Made by a program: the position numbers and the translations under genes. From Planctomycetota bacterium (GTDB lineage: Bacteria; Planctomycetota; B15-G4): DNA of 64,000 nt. Numbering within the stretch: the first letter of the stretch is position 1; each line of letters opens with the position of its first letter. Where the stretch lies: the NCBI GenBank assembly GCA_036274635.1, contig DASUFI010000217.1:266-64265 (forward strand), written 5' to 3'. Under the pieces are notes generated by a model. The model ran no database searches and was not told the origin of the DNA. It was given only the letters and a program-made list of their open reading frames with translations. Shown here one piece after another: positions 38,579-48,495 of the stretch.

Positions 38579-40762
38579 ATGAGTTCCGGCGCGCCACCCC
38601 CCGCCGCCCAGCCAGGCTCCCCCGCCCCCCTCGGCGCGCGCTGGGACGGCCGCGCGGTCAACATCGCCGTCGCCGCCGCGCCCGCCGTGCGCTCTGTCAC
38701 CCTGTGCCTCTTCGCCGACGCGCCCGGCGGTGGCTTCGTCGAGACGGCGCGCGTGCCGCTGCCGGGCCGCACGGGCACCGTCTTCCACGGCCGCTTCGAC
38801 CAGCTGCGGCCCGGGCAGCTCTACGGCCTGCGCGCCGACGGCCCGTGGGAGCCGGCGCGCGCTCTGCGCTGCAACCCGGCCAAGCTGCTGCTGGATCCCT
38901 ACGCGCTGGCGGTCGCGGGCCCGCTCACCTGGGACGACGCGCTGTGCGGCCATGACGGCGGCTTCGACGCCGGCGCCGCGGCCGACGGCCCGCGCGACCC
39001 GCGCGACAGCGCGCCCTTCGTGCCGCGCGGCGTGGTCGTGGACGAGGGCTTCGACTGGGGCGACGACCGCCAGCCCGCGGTGCCCTGGGAGCGCACCGTG
39101 CTGTACGAGGCGCACGTCCGCGCGCTGACGGTGCAGCATCCCGACGTGCCGCCCGAGCGCCGCGGCCGCTACCTGGGCGTGTCGTCGCCGGCGGTGGTCG
39201 CCCACCTGAAGCGACTGGGCGTCACGACGGTGGAGCTGATGCCTGTGCACCACTTCGTGAGCGAGCGGCGGCTGGTGCGCGCCGGGCTCGTCAACGCCTG
39301 GGGCTACAACCCGCTGGCCTTCCTCGCGCCACACGCGGGCTACGCCAGCGGCGACCGCGGCCAGCAGGTGGCGGAGTTCCGCCAGATGGTGCGCGAGCTG
39401 CACGCGGCGGGGCTCGAGGTGCTCGTCGACGTGGTCCTCAACCACAGCGCCGAGCTGGGCAGCGACGGGCCCACGCTCTCGCTGCGCGGGCTGGACGACG
39501 CGGCCGCCTACCGCCACCTGCCCGAGGACCCGCGCATCGCGCTGGACGTCACGGGCTGCGGCAACACGCTGGACACGAGCCGGCCGCGCACGCGCCAGCT
39601 CGTGCTGGACGCGCTGCGCCACTGGGCCGGCGCGCTGCACGTGGACGGCTTCCGCTTCGACCTCGCGGTCGCGCTCGGACGTGGCCCCGCGCTGGAGCAC
39701 CGCGACGACTTCTGGCGCGAGCTGCTCGCGGACCCGCTGCTCTCGCGCTGCAAGCTGGTGGTCGAGCCCTGGGACCTGGGGCCCGACGGCTGGCGCACGG
39801 GCCGCTTCCCCGCCGGCCTGCACGAGTGGAACGACCGCGCCCGCGACGCGACGCGCGCCTTCTGGCGCGGCGACGCCGGGCGCCTGCCCGAGCTCGCCAG
39901 CCGCCTGGCCGGCAGCAGCGACATCTTCCCCGGCCGCCCGCTGGCCAGCGTGAACTTCGTCACGGCGCACGACGGCTTCACGCTGGCCGATCTGGTGTCC
40001 TACGAGCGCAAGCACAACGAGTCCAACCTCGAGGGCAACCGCGACGGCACGGACGGCAACCTCTCCAGCAACGGCGGCGTCGAGGGCCAGACCGACGATC
40101 CGGCGGTGCTCGAGCGCCGCGACCGCCTGCGCCGCAGCCAGGCGGCCACGCTGCTGCTCGCGCAGGGCGTGCCCATGCTGCGGGGCGGCGACGAGCTCTC
40201 GCACAGCCAGGGCGGCAACAACAATGCCTACTGCCACGACGACGCGACGACCTGGCTGGCGTGGGGTCTCGACGAGCGCGCGCGGCGCTTCCTCGACTTC
40301 GCGCGCGAGCTGGTGGCGCTGCGCGCGGCCCACCCGGTGCTGCGGCGGCGCAGCTACCTGCGCGGGGAACTGGGCGCGACGGGCGGCGGGCCGAAGCCCG
40401 AGGGCACGCTGGACGAGGCCGCGCGCGACGCCTTCTGGCTGCGGCCCGACGGCCAGCTCATGCAGGACGCCGACTGGCAGGCGCCCGAGGCGCGGGCTCT
40501 GGGCCTGCTCCTGCCGGGGCGTCACGCCGACGTGCCCGGCCCCGCCGCCACGCTGCTGCTGCTCCTCAACGGGGGTGACGACGACGGCGAGTGGACGCTG
40601 CCGCGCCTGGACGGGCCCGGCGGCTGGCGCGTGGTCGTCGACACCGCGGAGGCCCGGCAGGCGGCCGCCAGCGGCGGCGTGCGCGAGCTGCCGGCCGGCA
40701 CCGGAAAGCTCACCGTCCGCGGCCACGCCCTGCTGCTGCTGCAGCGCACCGCGGCGCGCTGA
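38579..40762 (+). CDS. glgX: Glycogen debranching enzyme (isoamylase-type, GH13)
   Basis: It has GH13 catalytic regions (GFRFDLA, EPWD, VTAHDGFTL) and an N-terminal CBM48-like segment. The start ATG is at 38579. Confidence 0.9.
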   Translation: MSSGAPPPAAQPGSPAPLGARWDGRAVNIAVAAAPAVRSVTLCLFADAPGGGFVETARVPLPGRTGTVFHGRFDQLRPGQLYGLRADGPWEPARALRCNPAKLLLDPYALAVAGPLTWDDALCGHDGGFDAGAAADGPRDPRDSAPFVPRGVVVDEGFDWGDDRQPAVPWERTVLYEAHVRALTVQHPDVPPERRGRYLGVSSPAVVAHLKRLGVTTVELMPVHHFVSERRLVRAGLVNAWGYNPLAFLAPHAGYASGDRGQQVAEFRQMVRELHAAGLEVLVDVVLNHSAELGSDGPTLSLRGLDDAAAYRHLPEDPRIALDVTGCGNTLDTSRPRTRQLVLDALRHWAGALHVDGFRFDLAVALGRGPALEHRDDFWRELLADPLLSRCKLVVEPWDLGPDGWRTGRFPAGLHEWNDRARDATRAFWRGDAGRLPELASRLAGSSDIFPGRPLASVNFVTAHDGFTLADLVSYERKHNESNLEGNRDGTDGNLSSNGGVEGQTDDPAVLERRDRLRRSQAATLLLAQGVPMLRGGDELSHSQGGNNNAYCHDDATTWLAWGLDERARRFLDFARELVALRAAHPVLRRRSYLRGELGATGGGPKPEGTLDEAARDAFWLRPDGQLMQDADWQAPEARALGLLLPGRHADVPGPAATLLLLLNGGDDDGEWTLPRLDGPGGWRVVVDTAEARQAAASGGVRELPAGTGKLTVRGHALLLLQRTAAR

Positions 40763-40860
40763 GGTCCGCCGCGCGGCGTGATCGCCCGCGGGCCTTGCCG
40801 TATCCTGTCCGCCCCGCGGCGCGAAGGCCGCGACCACGGCGACCAGCGAGGCGGTGCACG

Positions 40861-43149
40861 ATGAGCGCGACGGGCGGGCGGAGCAAGGGTGGCGGCAAGG
40901 CGCGCGGCGGCAAGGCGCGCGGCGCGAAGTCCTCGGCCAAGGGCGGCGCCGGCAAGTCCGCGGCGCACAAGCCGGCGCGACGCGGCAAGCCCGCACCCGA
41001 GGTAGATGCCGGCGCGGCGCTGCGCCAGGCCGCCTCGGCGCACGGCGAGGCGCGCACGCGCCTCGGCCAGCTGCCGGCGAGCCGCCTGCCGCAGAGCCCG
41101 CTGCACGCCGTGGCCGCCGCTCACGCCCCGGCGCGCGCGAGCCAGGCCACGCTGTTCCACGTGGATGCTCCGGCGCCGCTCTTCGAGCGCCCGTCGCCGC
41201 GCCCGTCGGTGGCCTCCACGCCCGCGCTGCGCCCGCTGGACATCGAGGCCCTGCACCGCTTCCCCTGCACGGTGGGCGAGATGGACCTGCACCTCTTCGC
41301 CGAGGGCCGCCACCGCCGGCTGTGGGAGTTCCTCGGCAGCCACCCGCGGCGCCTCGACGGGGTGGACGGCACGGCCTTCGTGGTCTGGGCGCCCAACGCG
41401 CAGAGCGTCGCCGTGGTGGGCGACTTCTGCGAGTGGGACGGGCGGCGCTACCCGCTGCGCTCGCTGGGCTCGACGGGCCTGTGGGAGCTGTTCGTGCCGG
41501 GGGTCAGGGAGGGCGACCTGTACAAGTACGAGATCCTGGGCGCCGACGGCGTGCTGCGCCTCAAGGCCGACCCACTGGCCTTCAAGGCCGAGCAATGGCC
41601 GGGCGACGCCTCCATCGTGCAACGCCTCGACGGCTACGTCTGGGGCGACGCGGAGTGGGTGGAGTCGCGCGGGCACCGCGACGCGCTGCGCGAGGCCATG
41701 TCCATCTACGAGGTGCACCTCGCCAGCTGGCGCCGGATCCCCGAGGAGGACGATCGGCCGCTGACCTACCGCGAGCTGGCCCGGCAGCTGCCCGACCACG
41801 TGCGCGAGCTGGGCTTCACGCACGTGGAGCTGATGCCGGTCATGGAGCATCCGTTCGGGGGCAGCTGGGGCTACCAGGTGACCGGCTACTTCGCGCCCAC
41901 CTCGCGGCACGGCACGCCGGACGACTTCCGCGCGCTGGTGGACGCGCTGCACGCCGCTGGCCTCGGCGTCATCCTCGACTGGGTGCCGGCGCACTTCCCC
42001 AACGATGCGCACGCGCTGGCGCGCTTCGACGGCACGGCGCTGTACGAGCACGACGACCCGCGCGTCGGCACGCACCCGGACTGGGACACGCTCATCTTCA
42101 ATTTCGGCCGCCACGAGGTGCGCAACTTCCTCGTGGCCTCGGCCCTCTACTGGCTGCGCGAGTTCCACGCCGACGGGCTGCGCGTGGACGCGGTGGCCTC
42201 CATGCTCTACCGCGACTACAGCCGCCGCGACGGCGAGTGGCTGCCCAACGCCTGGGGCGGCCGCGAGAACGTGGAAGCCATCGAGTTCATGAAGTCCATG
42301 AACGCCATCGTGCGCCAGGAATGCCCGGGCGCGCTCATGATCGCGGAGGAGTCCACCGCCTGGAACGGCGTGACCACGCCGCCCGAGCACGACGGCCTCG
42401 GCTTCGCGCTCAAGTGGAACCTCGGCTGGATGCACGACTCGCTGGCCTACTTCGGCCTCGACCCCGTGCACCGGCGCTGGCACCACGACCAGCTCACCTT
42501 CGCGATGCTGTACGAGTCGAGCGAGCGCTTCCTCGACCCGCTGTCGCACGACGAGGTGGTGCACGGCAAGGGCTCGCTGCTCTCGCGCATGCCCGGCGAC
42601 GAGTGGCAGAAGTTCGCCAACCTGCGCACGCTGCTGGCCTACCAGCACCTGCGCCCCGGCAAGAAGCTCAACTTCATGGGCACCGAGCTGGCGCCGCCGG
42701 GCGAATGGGACCACGACCACAGCCTGCCCTGGCACCTCGCGCACGACCCGCCGCGCCGCGGCCTGCACCGCTTCCTGCACGACCTGCTCACGCTCTACCG
42801 CGCCAAGTCCTGCCTGTGGAGCCGCGACCCCGAGGCCGACCGCGGCTTCCGCTGGATCGACTGCTCGGACAAGGCCAACTCCGTGGTCTGCTTCGAGCGC
42901 CACGACGACGCCGGCCGCGTGCTGGTATTGCTCAACCTCACGCCGGTGCCGCGCAACGACTACCGCGTGGGCGCGCCACTGCCCGGCGCCTGGCGCTGCA
43001 TCTTCAGCAGCGACGCGGCGCTCTACGGCGGCAGCGACTACCCGACGCGCGAGCTGCCGGAGACAGAGCCGCAGCCCTGGCACGGCGAGGCGCAGAGCCT
43101 GGTGCTCGAGCTGCCGCCGCTGTCGGCGGTCGTGTACCGGCCGGAGTGA
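40861..43149 (+). CDS. glgB: 1,4-alpha-glucan branching enzyme (GH13), with Lys/Gly-rich basic N-terminal extension
   Basis: Motifs include VWAPNA, DGLRVDAVASMLY and EESTAWNG. The ATG at 40861 gives a ~45-aa low-complexity KGG-rich N-terminus; a later true start cannot be excluded. Confidence 0.9.
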   Translation: MSATGGRSKGGGKARGGKARGAKSSAKGGAGKSAAHKPARRGKPAPEVDAGAALRQAASAHGEARTRLGQLPASRLPQSPLHAVAAAHAPARASQATLFHVDAPAPLFERPSPRPSVASTPALRPLDIEALHRFPCTVGEMDLHLFAEGRHRRLWEFLGSHPRRLDGVDGTAFVVWAPNAQSVAVVGDFCEWDGRRYPLRSLGSTGLWELFVPGVREGDLYKYEILGADGVLRLKADPLAFKAEQWPGDASIVQRLDGYVWGDAEWVESRGHRDALREAMSIYEVHLASWRRIPEEDDRPLTYRELARQLPDHVRELGFTHVELMPVMEHPFGGSWGYQVTGYFAPTSRHGTPDDFRALVDALHAAGLGVILDWVPAHFPNDAHALARFDGTALYEHDDPRVGTHPDWDTLIFNFGRHEVRNFLVASALYWLREFHADGLRVDAVASMLYRDYSRRDGEWLPNAWGGRENVEAIEFMKSMNAIVRQECPGALMIAEESTAWNGVTTPPEHDGLGFALKWNLGWMHDSLAYFGLDPVHRRWHHDQLTFAMLYESSERFLDPLSHDEVVHGKGSLLSRMPGDEWQKFANLRTLLAYQHLRPGKKLNFMGTELAPPGEWDHDHSLPWHLAHDPPRRGLHRFLHDLLTLYRAKSCLWSRDPEADRGFRWIDCSDKANSVVCFERHDDAGRVLVLLNLTPVPRNDYRVGAPLPGAWRCIFSSDAALYGGSDYPTRELPETEPQPWHGEAQSLVLELPPLSAVVYRPE

Positions 43150-43159
43150 GCGGGCGCGC

Positions 43160-43753
43160 TCAGCCCATCCGCAGCAGGAAGTCCGCGAACCTCGGCAGGA
43201 AGGGCATCACGCCGAAGAGCGCCACCGTCTGCACCACCGGCCCGACGCCGAGGTGGTCGAGCACCTTGTAGGTGCCGTAGAACAAGGTGCCGAGAAGCGA
43301 CCACTCCACGACGGCGCCGGCGGTCGCGCCGCCCAGCCACGGGCCGTCGAGCAGCGGCAGGTGCAGCGCGGGCGTGGCGCGCGGCAGCGTCCAGCCCATG
43401 GTCGCGGCCGCGGCCTCGAGCGGCAGCGCGATGAGCCCCGCGAAGAGCCCGGCGCACAGCACGTGCACGAGGTGGTTGCCCGCGAAGCGCCCCTGCTCGA
43501 CCACGCCCTTGGTGAGCGCCGCCGCGAGGTAGGTCACGAAGACCGGCAGCAGCAGCGCCTCGGGCGCCGTGCGCGTGTCGGTCCAGAACCAGCCGAAGAC
43601 CAGCCCGCTGCCGAACCACGCCGCCGCGAAGTACGGGGAGAGCTTGCGGAAGGCGTGCACGAAGGCCAGCGCGGTGCCGATCGCGACGAAGAGCGTCCAG
43701 GCCAGGCCGTCGAGGTGCACCGGCGAGCTGAGCTCCGCGAGGAAGGGTCTCAT
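43160..43753 (-). CDS. Hypothetical membrane protein
   Basis: It has five or six hydrophobic helices and ordinary composition. Confidence 0.55.
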   Translation of the reverse strand: MRPFLAELSSPVHLDGLAWTLFVAIGTALAFVHAFRKLSPYFAAAWFGSGLVFGWFWTDTRTAPEALLLPVFVTYLAAALTKGVVEQGRFAGNHLVHVLCAGLFAGLIALPLEAAAATMGWTLPRATPALHLPLLDGPWLGGATAGAVVEWSLLGTLFYGTYKVLDHLGVGPVVQTVALFGVMPFLPRFADFLLRMG

Positions 43754-43944
43754 CCCGAGCCCTTCGCCTTGGCCTTGCCGCCGCCGGTGCCGGCGCGCAG
43801 GTAGAGCAGCAGCAGCAGGAGCGCCGGGATGCCGGCCATGAGACGGCTCGGCTCGTGCGCATCGAAGAGCGCCACGTGCGCGAGCAGCGCCAGCGCGGCG
43901 ATCAGCAGCAGCGCAGGCAGCCGGTCGATCACGCGGTCGAACAT
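43750..43944 (-). CDS. Small membrane protein (64 aa)
   Basis: The start ATG is at 43944 (MFDRVIDRLPALLLIAALALLAHVALF...). Its stop overlaps the downstream start (coupled). It has two hydrophobic helices and a Lys-rich tail. Confidence 0.4.
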   Translation of the reverse strand: MFDRVIDRLPALLLIAALALLAHVALFDAHEPSRLMAGIPALLLLLLYLRAGTGGGKAKAKGSG

Positions 43945-44022
43945 CACGGCATGGTGCCTCGCGACAGGAGCCGTCTCAAGGCTGCTGTGGCAGCGGGCCG
44001 GGTGACGTGCCAGCATGGCGGC

Positions 44023-45558
44023 ATGGCGGATCTCACCGCGCCCGCGCGCCCGGCCTTCCGTCCGCTGGCGCTGCTGGTCGGGCCGGCGCTGTTCGCGGGC
44101 TGCCTCGTCGCGCTGCGGGGCGAGGACCCGCTGGTGGCGCGCATGGCCGGCCTGACGGCGTGGATGGCGGCCTGGTGGGTCTCCGAGGCCGTGCCCGTGG
44201 CCGTGACGGCGCTGCTGCCGCTGGTGGCGATGCCCGTCGCAGGCCTGGGGCGCGTGGCCAGCGTCGCGCAGGACTACGGGCGCGACACGATCTTCCTCTT
44301 CCTCGGCGGCTTCCTGCTCGCCCTGGGACTGCAGAAGAGCGGTGCGCACCGGCGCATCGCGCTCGGGATCGCCAGCGCGCTGGGCAGCCGGCCGGACCGG
44401 CTCGTGCTCGGCTTCATGCTCGCGACGTGCCTGCTGTCGATGTGGATGTCCAACACCGCCACGACGCTGCTCATCTTCCCCATCGCGATGTCCGTGCTGA
44501 CGGCGGCGCGCGAGCAGGGCGCGGCGGAAGCCGACGTGCGGCGCGTGGGCACGCCGCTGCTGCTGGTCACGGCCTATGGCAGCACCATCGGCGGGATGGC
44601 CACCTTCGTGGGCACGCCCACCAACCTCGTGCTGCGCCAGCTCTATCCGAGCCTGTGCCCGGGGCTGCCGGAGATCGGCTTCCTGCAGTGGATGCTGCTG
44701 GGCGTGCCGCTGGCGCTGCTCTTCGCGCTGCTGGGCTGGTGGCTGCTGGTGCGCGTGCTGTTCCCGCTGCCGCACGCGGACCTGTTCGCGGCGGCGGGCG
44801 GCCGCGACGCGCTGCGGCGCATGCGCGCCGCGCTCGGGCCGATGCGGCGCGACGAGCTCTTCGCCGGCGGGCTGTACGCGGCCGCGGCGCTGCTGTGGAT
44901 CACGGGCCGGCCCCTGCAGCTGGGCAGCGTCGTGCTGCCCGGCTGGCAGGAGTGGGCGCCGCTGGGCGGGCGCGTCGACGACAACGTGGTGGCCATCGCG
45001 CTGGCGCTGCTGCTCTTCATGCTGCCCTCGGCGCAGCGCCGCGGCGAGTGCCTGCTGCACTGGTCGGACACGCGCGACGTGCCGTGGGGCATCCTGCTGC
45101 TGTTCGGCGGAGGCTTCGCGCTGGCGACGGGCTTCGAGAGCTCGGGCCTGTCCCGGCGCGTGGCGGAGGCGGTCGCGGGGCTCGCGGGAGCCCCGCTGCC
45201 GCTCGTGCTGGCCGCCGCGTGCGCGGCCATCGTCATCGTGTCGGAGTTCGCGAGCAACACGGCCACGGCGCAGATCGCGCTGCCGGTGCTGGCTTCGGCC
45301 GCGCGCACCCTCGCGCTGGATCCGCGCGTGCTGCTCGTGCCGGCCACGCTGGCCGCCAGCTCGGCCTTCATGATGCCCGTGGGCACGCCGCCCAACGCCA
45401 TCGTCTACGCCAGCGGCTACGTCTCGATGCGCGACATGGTGCGCGCGGGCATCTGGTTCGACCTGCTGGGCCTGCTGCTGCTGCTGGGCCTGTTCTGGCT
45501 GCTCGCCGGGCCGGCGCTGGGCGTCCCGTTGCAGGGGGCGCCCGCCGCGCCGCGCTGA
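44023..45558 (+). CDS. Divalent anion:Na+ symporter (DASS) family (SLC13/CitT-like) transporter
   Basis: The start ATG is at 44023. It is polytopic, with the conserved hairpin-loop segments SNTATTLLIFPIA and SNTATAQIALPV typical of DASS carriers. Confidence 0.8.
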   Translation: MADLTAPARPAFRPLALLVGPALFAGCLVALRGEDPLVARMAGLTAWMAAWWVSEAVPVAVTALLPLVAMPVAGLGRVASVAQDYGRDTIFLFLGGFLLALGLQKSGAHRRIALGIASALGSRPDRLVLGFMLATCLLSMWMSNTATTLLIFPIAMSVLTAAREQGAAEADVRRVGTPLLLVTAYGSTIGGMATFVGTPTNLVLRQLYPSLCPGLPEIGFLQWMLLGVPLALLFALLGWWLLVRVLFPLPHADLFAAAGGRDALRRMRAALGPMRRDELFAGGLYAAAALLWITGRPLQLGSVVLPGWQEWAPLGGRVDDNVVAIALALLLFMLPSAQRRGECLLHWSDTRDVPWGILLLFGGGFALATGFESSGLSRRVAEAVAGLAGAPLPLVLAAACAAIVIVSEFASNTATAQIALPVLASAARTLALDPRVLLVPATLAASSAFMMPVGTPPNAIVYASGYVSMRDMVRAGIWFDLLGLLLLLGLFWLLAGPALGVPLQGAPAAPR

Positions 45559-45595
45559 GGCGCGCCGCGGCGGCCACCTCCTTACACTGGCGCGC

Positions 45596-47557
45596 ATGGA
45601 CCGCCCGGTGCTGCTCTTCGACGGGCATTGCCGCTTCTGCCTCGGGCAGGCGGAGCGCCTGCAGCGCTGGGCCGGCGGCCGCATGGAGCTGCTGTCCTTC
45701 CGCGAGCCGGGCGCGCTCGAGCGCTTCCCGCAAGTGGACGCGGCGGCCTGCGAGCGCGCCATGCAGCTCGTCCTGCCGGACGGACGCGTGCGGCCCGGCA
45801 TCGACGCGGTGCTCGAGGCGCTGGCCCTGCGGCCCGCGCTCGCGCCGCTGGCCGCGCTCGGCCGGCTGCCCGGAGTGCACGCGCTGCTCGCGGCCGGCTA
45901 CCGCGTGGTGGCCGACAACCGCTTCGCGCTCGGCGGGCGCACCGAGGCCTGCGCCGAGGGCACCTGCGCCACGCACCTCGCGCCGCCCGAGCCGCGCGGC
46001 CTGCTGAGCGCGCCGCGTGCGCTGGTGCGCGACGTGTGGTTGCGGCTGCTGGGCGCGGTGCTGCTCATCGCCTTCCTCTCGCTCGATCGCCAGCTCGTGC
46101 CGCTGTACGGGCAGCACGGCCTGCTGCCGGCGCGCGAGTACATCGGCCAGGTGCACGAGGCCCTCGACTCCGGCCGCGTCGCCACGTGGCAGGTGCCCAC
46201 GGTCTTCCTGTGGGTCGCGCCCAGCGACGCGGCGCTGCTGTGGGTGGAGCGCGCCGGCGCCGCCTGCGGCCTCGCGCTGCTGCTGGGCCTGTGGCCGCGG
46301 CTCGCGCTGCTGGGCGCGTGGCTGCTGTATCTCTCGCTGGTGACGATCGGTCAGGTCTTCCTCGGCTTCCAGTGGGACAACCTCCTCCTGGAGGCCACCT
46401 TCCTCTCGCTCTTCGTCGCGCCCGCCGGCCTGCGCCCGCGCGGCGCGCCGGCGCCTCGCGCGGCGGGCGTGCTGCTCATGCTGGGGCTGCTGCTGCGGCT
46501 CACGCTGGAGTCGGGCTGGTCCAAGTGGCTGGGCGGCGACCCGCACTGGCGCGACCTGTCCGCCGTGTCCAGCTACTACGAGACCGCGCCGCTGCCCACC
46601 TGGGTCGGCTGGTGGGCGCACCAGCTGCCGGCCTGGTTCCAGTCGGCGAGCACGGCCATCACGCTGGTCGTCGAGGGCCTCGTGCCGCTGCTGCTCATCA
46701 CCACGCGCCGGCTGAGGCTGGTGGCCACGTGCGTGCTCGTGGGCTTCCAGCTGCTCGTCGCGGCCACGGGCAACTACGGCGTCTTCAACCTGCTCAGCAT
46801 CGCGGTGTACCTGTGGGCGCTGGACGACGGGCACCTGCGCGCGCTGGCCGCGCGCCTGCGGCGGACGATCGCGCCGCGCGCGCTGCCGGCCCCCACGCGC
46901 CTCCTGACTGCGGCGGCGCGTCTCGCGGGCGCGCTGCTGCTGACCCTGCTGGCCGCGGCCCCCTTCCGCATGTACTGGGAGGAGGAGACGACCTGGGGGC
47001 CGCCCACGGCGCTCGAGAAGGTCGAGTCCTGGGTGGCGCCTTTCCGCACGCTCAACCTCTACCACCTGTTCGTGAGCCTCACGCTGGTGCGGCGCGAGAT
47101 CGAGATCGAGGGCAGCCAGGACGGCGCGACGTGGAGACCGTACGTCTTCGCGCACAAGCCGGGCGATCCCGCGCGCGCGCCGGACTTCGTGGCGCCCTAC
47201 CAGCCGCGGCTCGACTTCCAGTTCTGGTTCCTGTGCCTCGACGGCGCGCCGCGCGCGCCCTGGTTCCAGCGGCTGCTGGTGCAGCTCGTGACCGAGCCGG
47301 CCCTCATGGCGCGGCTCTTCGAGAGCACGCCCAACGGCGAGCAGGCGCCGGCCTACGTGCGCTACTCGGTGTGGCAGTACACCTTCAGCTCGCGCGAGGA
47401 GCGCGCGCGGACGGGCGACTGGTGGACGCGCGACCTGCTGGGCATGTCCTCGGCCATGCCGGCCGAGGAGCTGGCGTGGAAGACGGGCGACCCGCCGCCT
47501 CAGCGCAGCTCGTCGAGCCAGGACGCGAACGCCGAGAAGCCGTCGGCGCCGAGGTAG
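45596..47557 (+). CDS. Fusion of DCC-family thiol-disulfide oxidoreductase (DUF393) with lipase maturation factor (LMF) domain
   Basis: The N-terminus LLFDGHCRFCLGQAERL is the DCC CxxC motif. A polytopic LMF-like domain follows (HGLLPAREYIGQV..., WDNLLLEATFLSLF, YYETAPLPTW). Confidence 0.75.
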   Translation: MDRPVLLFDGHCRFCLGQAERLQRWAGGRMELLSFREPGALERFPQVDAAACERAMQLVLPDGRVRPGIDAVLEALALRPALAPLAALGRLPGVHALLAAGYRVVADNRFALGGRTEACAEGTCATHLAPPEPRGLLSAPRALVRDVWLRLLGAVLLIAFLSLDRQLVPLYGQHGLLPAREYIGQVHEALDSGRVATWQVPTVFLWVAPSDAALLWVERAGAACGLALLLGLWPRLALLGAWLLYLSLVTIGQVFLGFQWDNLLLEATFLSLFVAPAGLRPRGAPAPRAAGVLLMLGLLLRLTLESGWSKWLGGDPHWRDLSAVSSYYETAPLPTWVGWWAHQLPAWFQSASTAITLVVEGLVPLLLITTRRLRLVATCVLVGFQLLVAATGNYGVFNLLSIAVYLWALDDGHLRALAARLRRTIAPRALPAPTRLLTAAARLAGALLLTLLAAAPFRMYWEEETTWGPPTALEKVESWVAPFRTLNLYHLFVSLTLVRREIEIEGSQDGATWRPYVFAHKPGDPARAPDFVAPYQPRLDFQFWFLCLDGAPRAPWFQRLLVQLVTEPALMARLFESTPNGEQAPAYVRYSVWQYTFSSREERARTGDWWTRDLLGMSSAMPAEELAWKTGDPPPQRSSSSQDANAEKPSAPR

Positions 47558-48426
47558 CGCACGCCGCGCGGGCCGCGCCGCACGCCGAGCGCCTCGCGCC
47601 CGCCCACCAGCAACCGCGTGCGCGCCGGGAGCTGGCGGCGCAGCCGGGCCAGCACGCCGTCCGTGGCCGGCCCCGCCGTGCAGGCCGAGACGCCGATGGC
47701 GACGCCCGCCGCGCCGCTCTCGCGCGCCGTGGCGACGATGTCGGCCGGCGGCGCCGAGGCCCCCAGCAGCAGCGGCCGGCGCCCGCGCGACGCGACCACC
47801 AGCGCCGCCATCTGCAGCCCCAGCGCGTGCGCCTCCCCCTCCAGCGTGGCCAGCACCACCACCGGCGCGCCGTCGGGCACGGCCAGCTCGAGGCGCAGCG
47901 CGCGCAGCAGGTCGTCGACGGCACCGGACAGGAAGTGCTCGTGGTGCACGCCCGCCGCCCCGCCGGCCCACGCCTGGCCGACGCCGCGGAAGAGCGGCGC
48001 GACGCGCTGCTCCACGAAGGCCAGCGGCCCGAGGCGCGCGTAGCTGTCGCGCAGCGCGGCCTGGATCTCCGCGGCGCGCCACTGGCGCGCCAGCTCGAGC
48101 AGGTGCCGCGGCAGCGGGCCCTCGGCCGGTGCCGGCGACTCGTCCAGCAGGCACTGCAGCGCCTCGGCATCGGAGGCCATGAGCGCCGCCAGGCGGTGGC
48201 CGCGAGCGAGGCCGTCGACGATGCGCCGCACGAGGCACACCTGCTCGGGGCCGTAGCGGCGGTGGCCCGAGCGCAGGCGGGCGGGCGCGGGCCGGCCGTA
48301 GCGGCGCTCCCAGGCGCGCAGCGTGGGCACCGCGACGCCGGTGGCCGCGGCCAGCTCGCCGATGGACAGCAGCCGGTCGTGCGGCGGCTCGGCCCCGGGC
48401 TGCGGAGTCTGCAGGCGGCGAGGCAT
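47500..48426 (-). CDS. MerR-family regulator with C-terminal cobalamin-binding domain (CarH/CarA-like)
   Basis: The N-terminal MerR HTH is LSIGELAAATGVAVPTLRAWERRYG. The C-terminal B12-binding Rossmann-like region (VVLATLEGEAHALGLQMAALVV) includes the His-containing segment E/DxH. Confidence 0.75.
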   Translation of the reverse strand: MPRRLQTPQPGAEPPHDRLLSIGELAAATGVAVPTLRAWERRYGRPAPARLRSGHRRYGPEQVCLVRRIVDGLARGHRLAALMASDAEALQCLLDESPAPAEGPLPRHLLELARQWRAAEIQAALRDSYARLGPLAFVEQRVAPLFRGVGQAWAGGAAGVHHEHFLSGAVDDLLRALRLELAVPDGAPVVVLATLEGEAHALGLQMAALVVASRGRRPLLLGASAPPADIVATARESGAAGVAIGVSACTAGPATDGVLARLRRQLPARTRLLVGGREALGVRRGPRGVRYLGADGFSAFASWLDELR

Positions 48427-48495
48427 GCCGCCCCGGAGTGTAGCGATCCGCGCCCGCTGGACCTTGACGCTCAGGTCAGGCCGCGCGACGGGCTC

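Noticed and set aside
38492-43083. 834-aa and 853-aa minus-strand ORFs across glgX and glgB
   Set aside because: They are antisense to unambiguous GH13 genes and have Arg/Ala/Gly composition.
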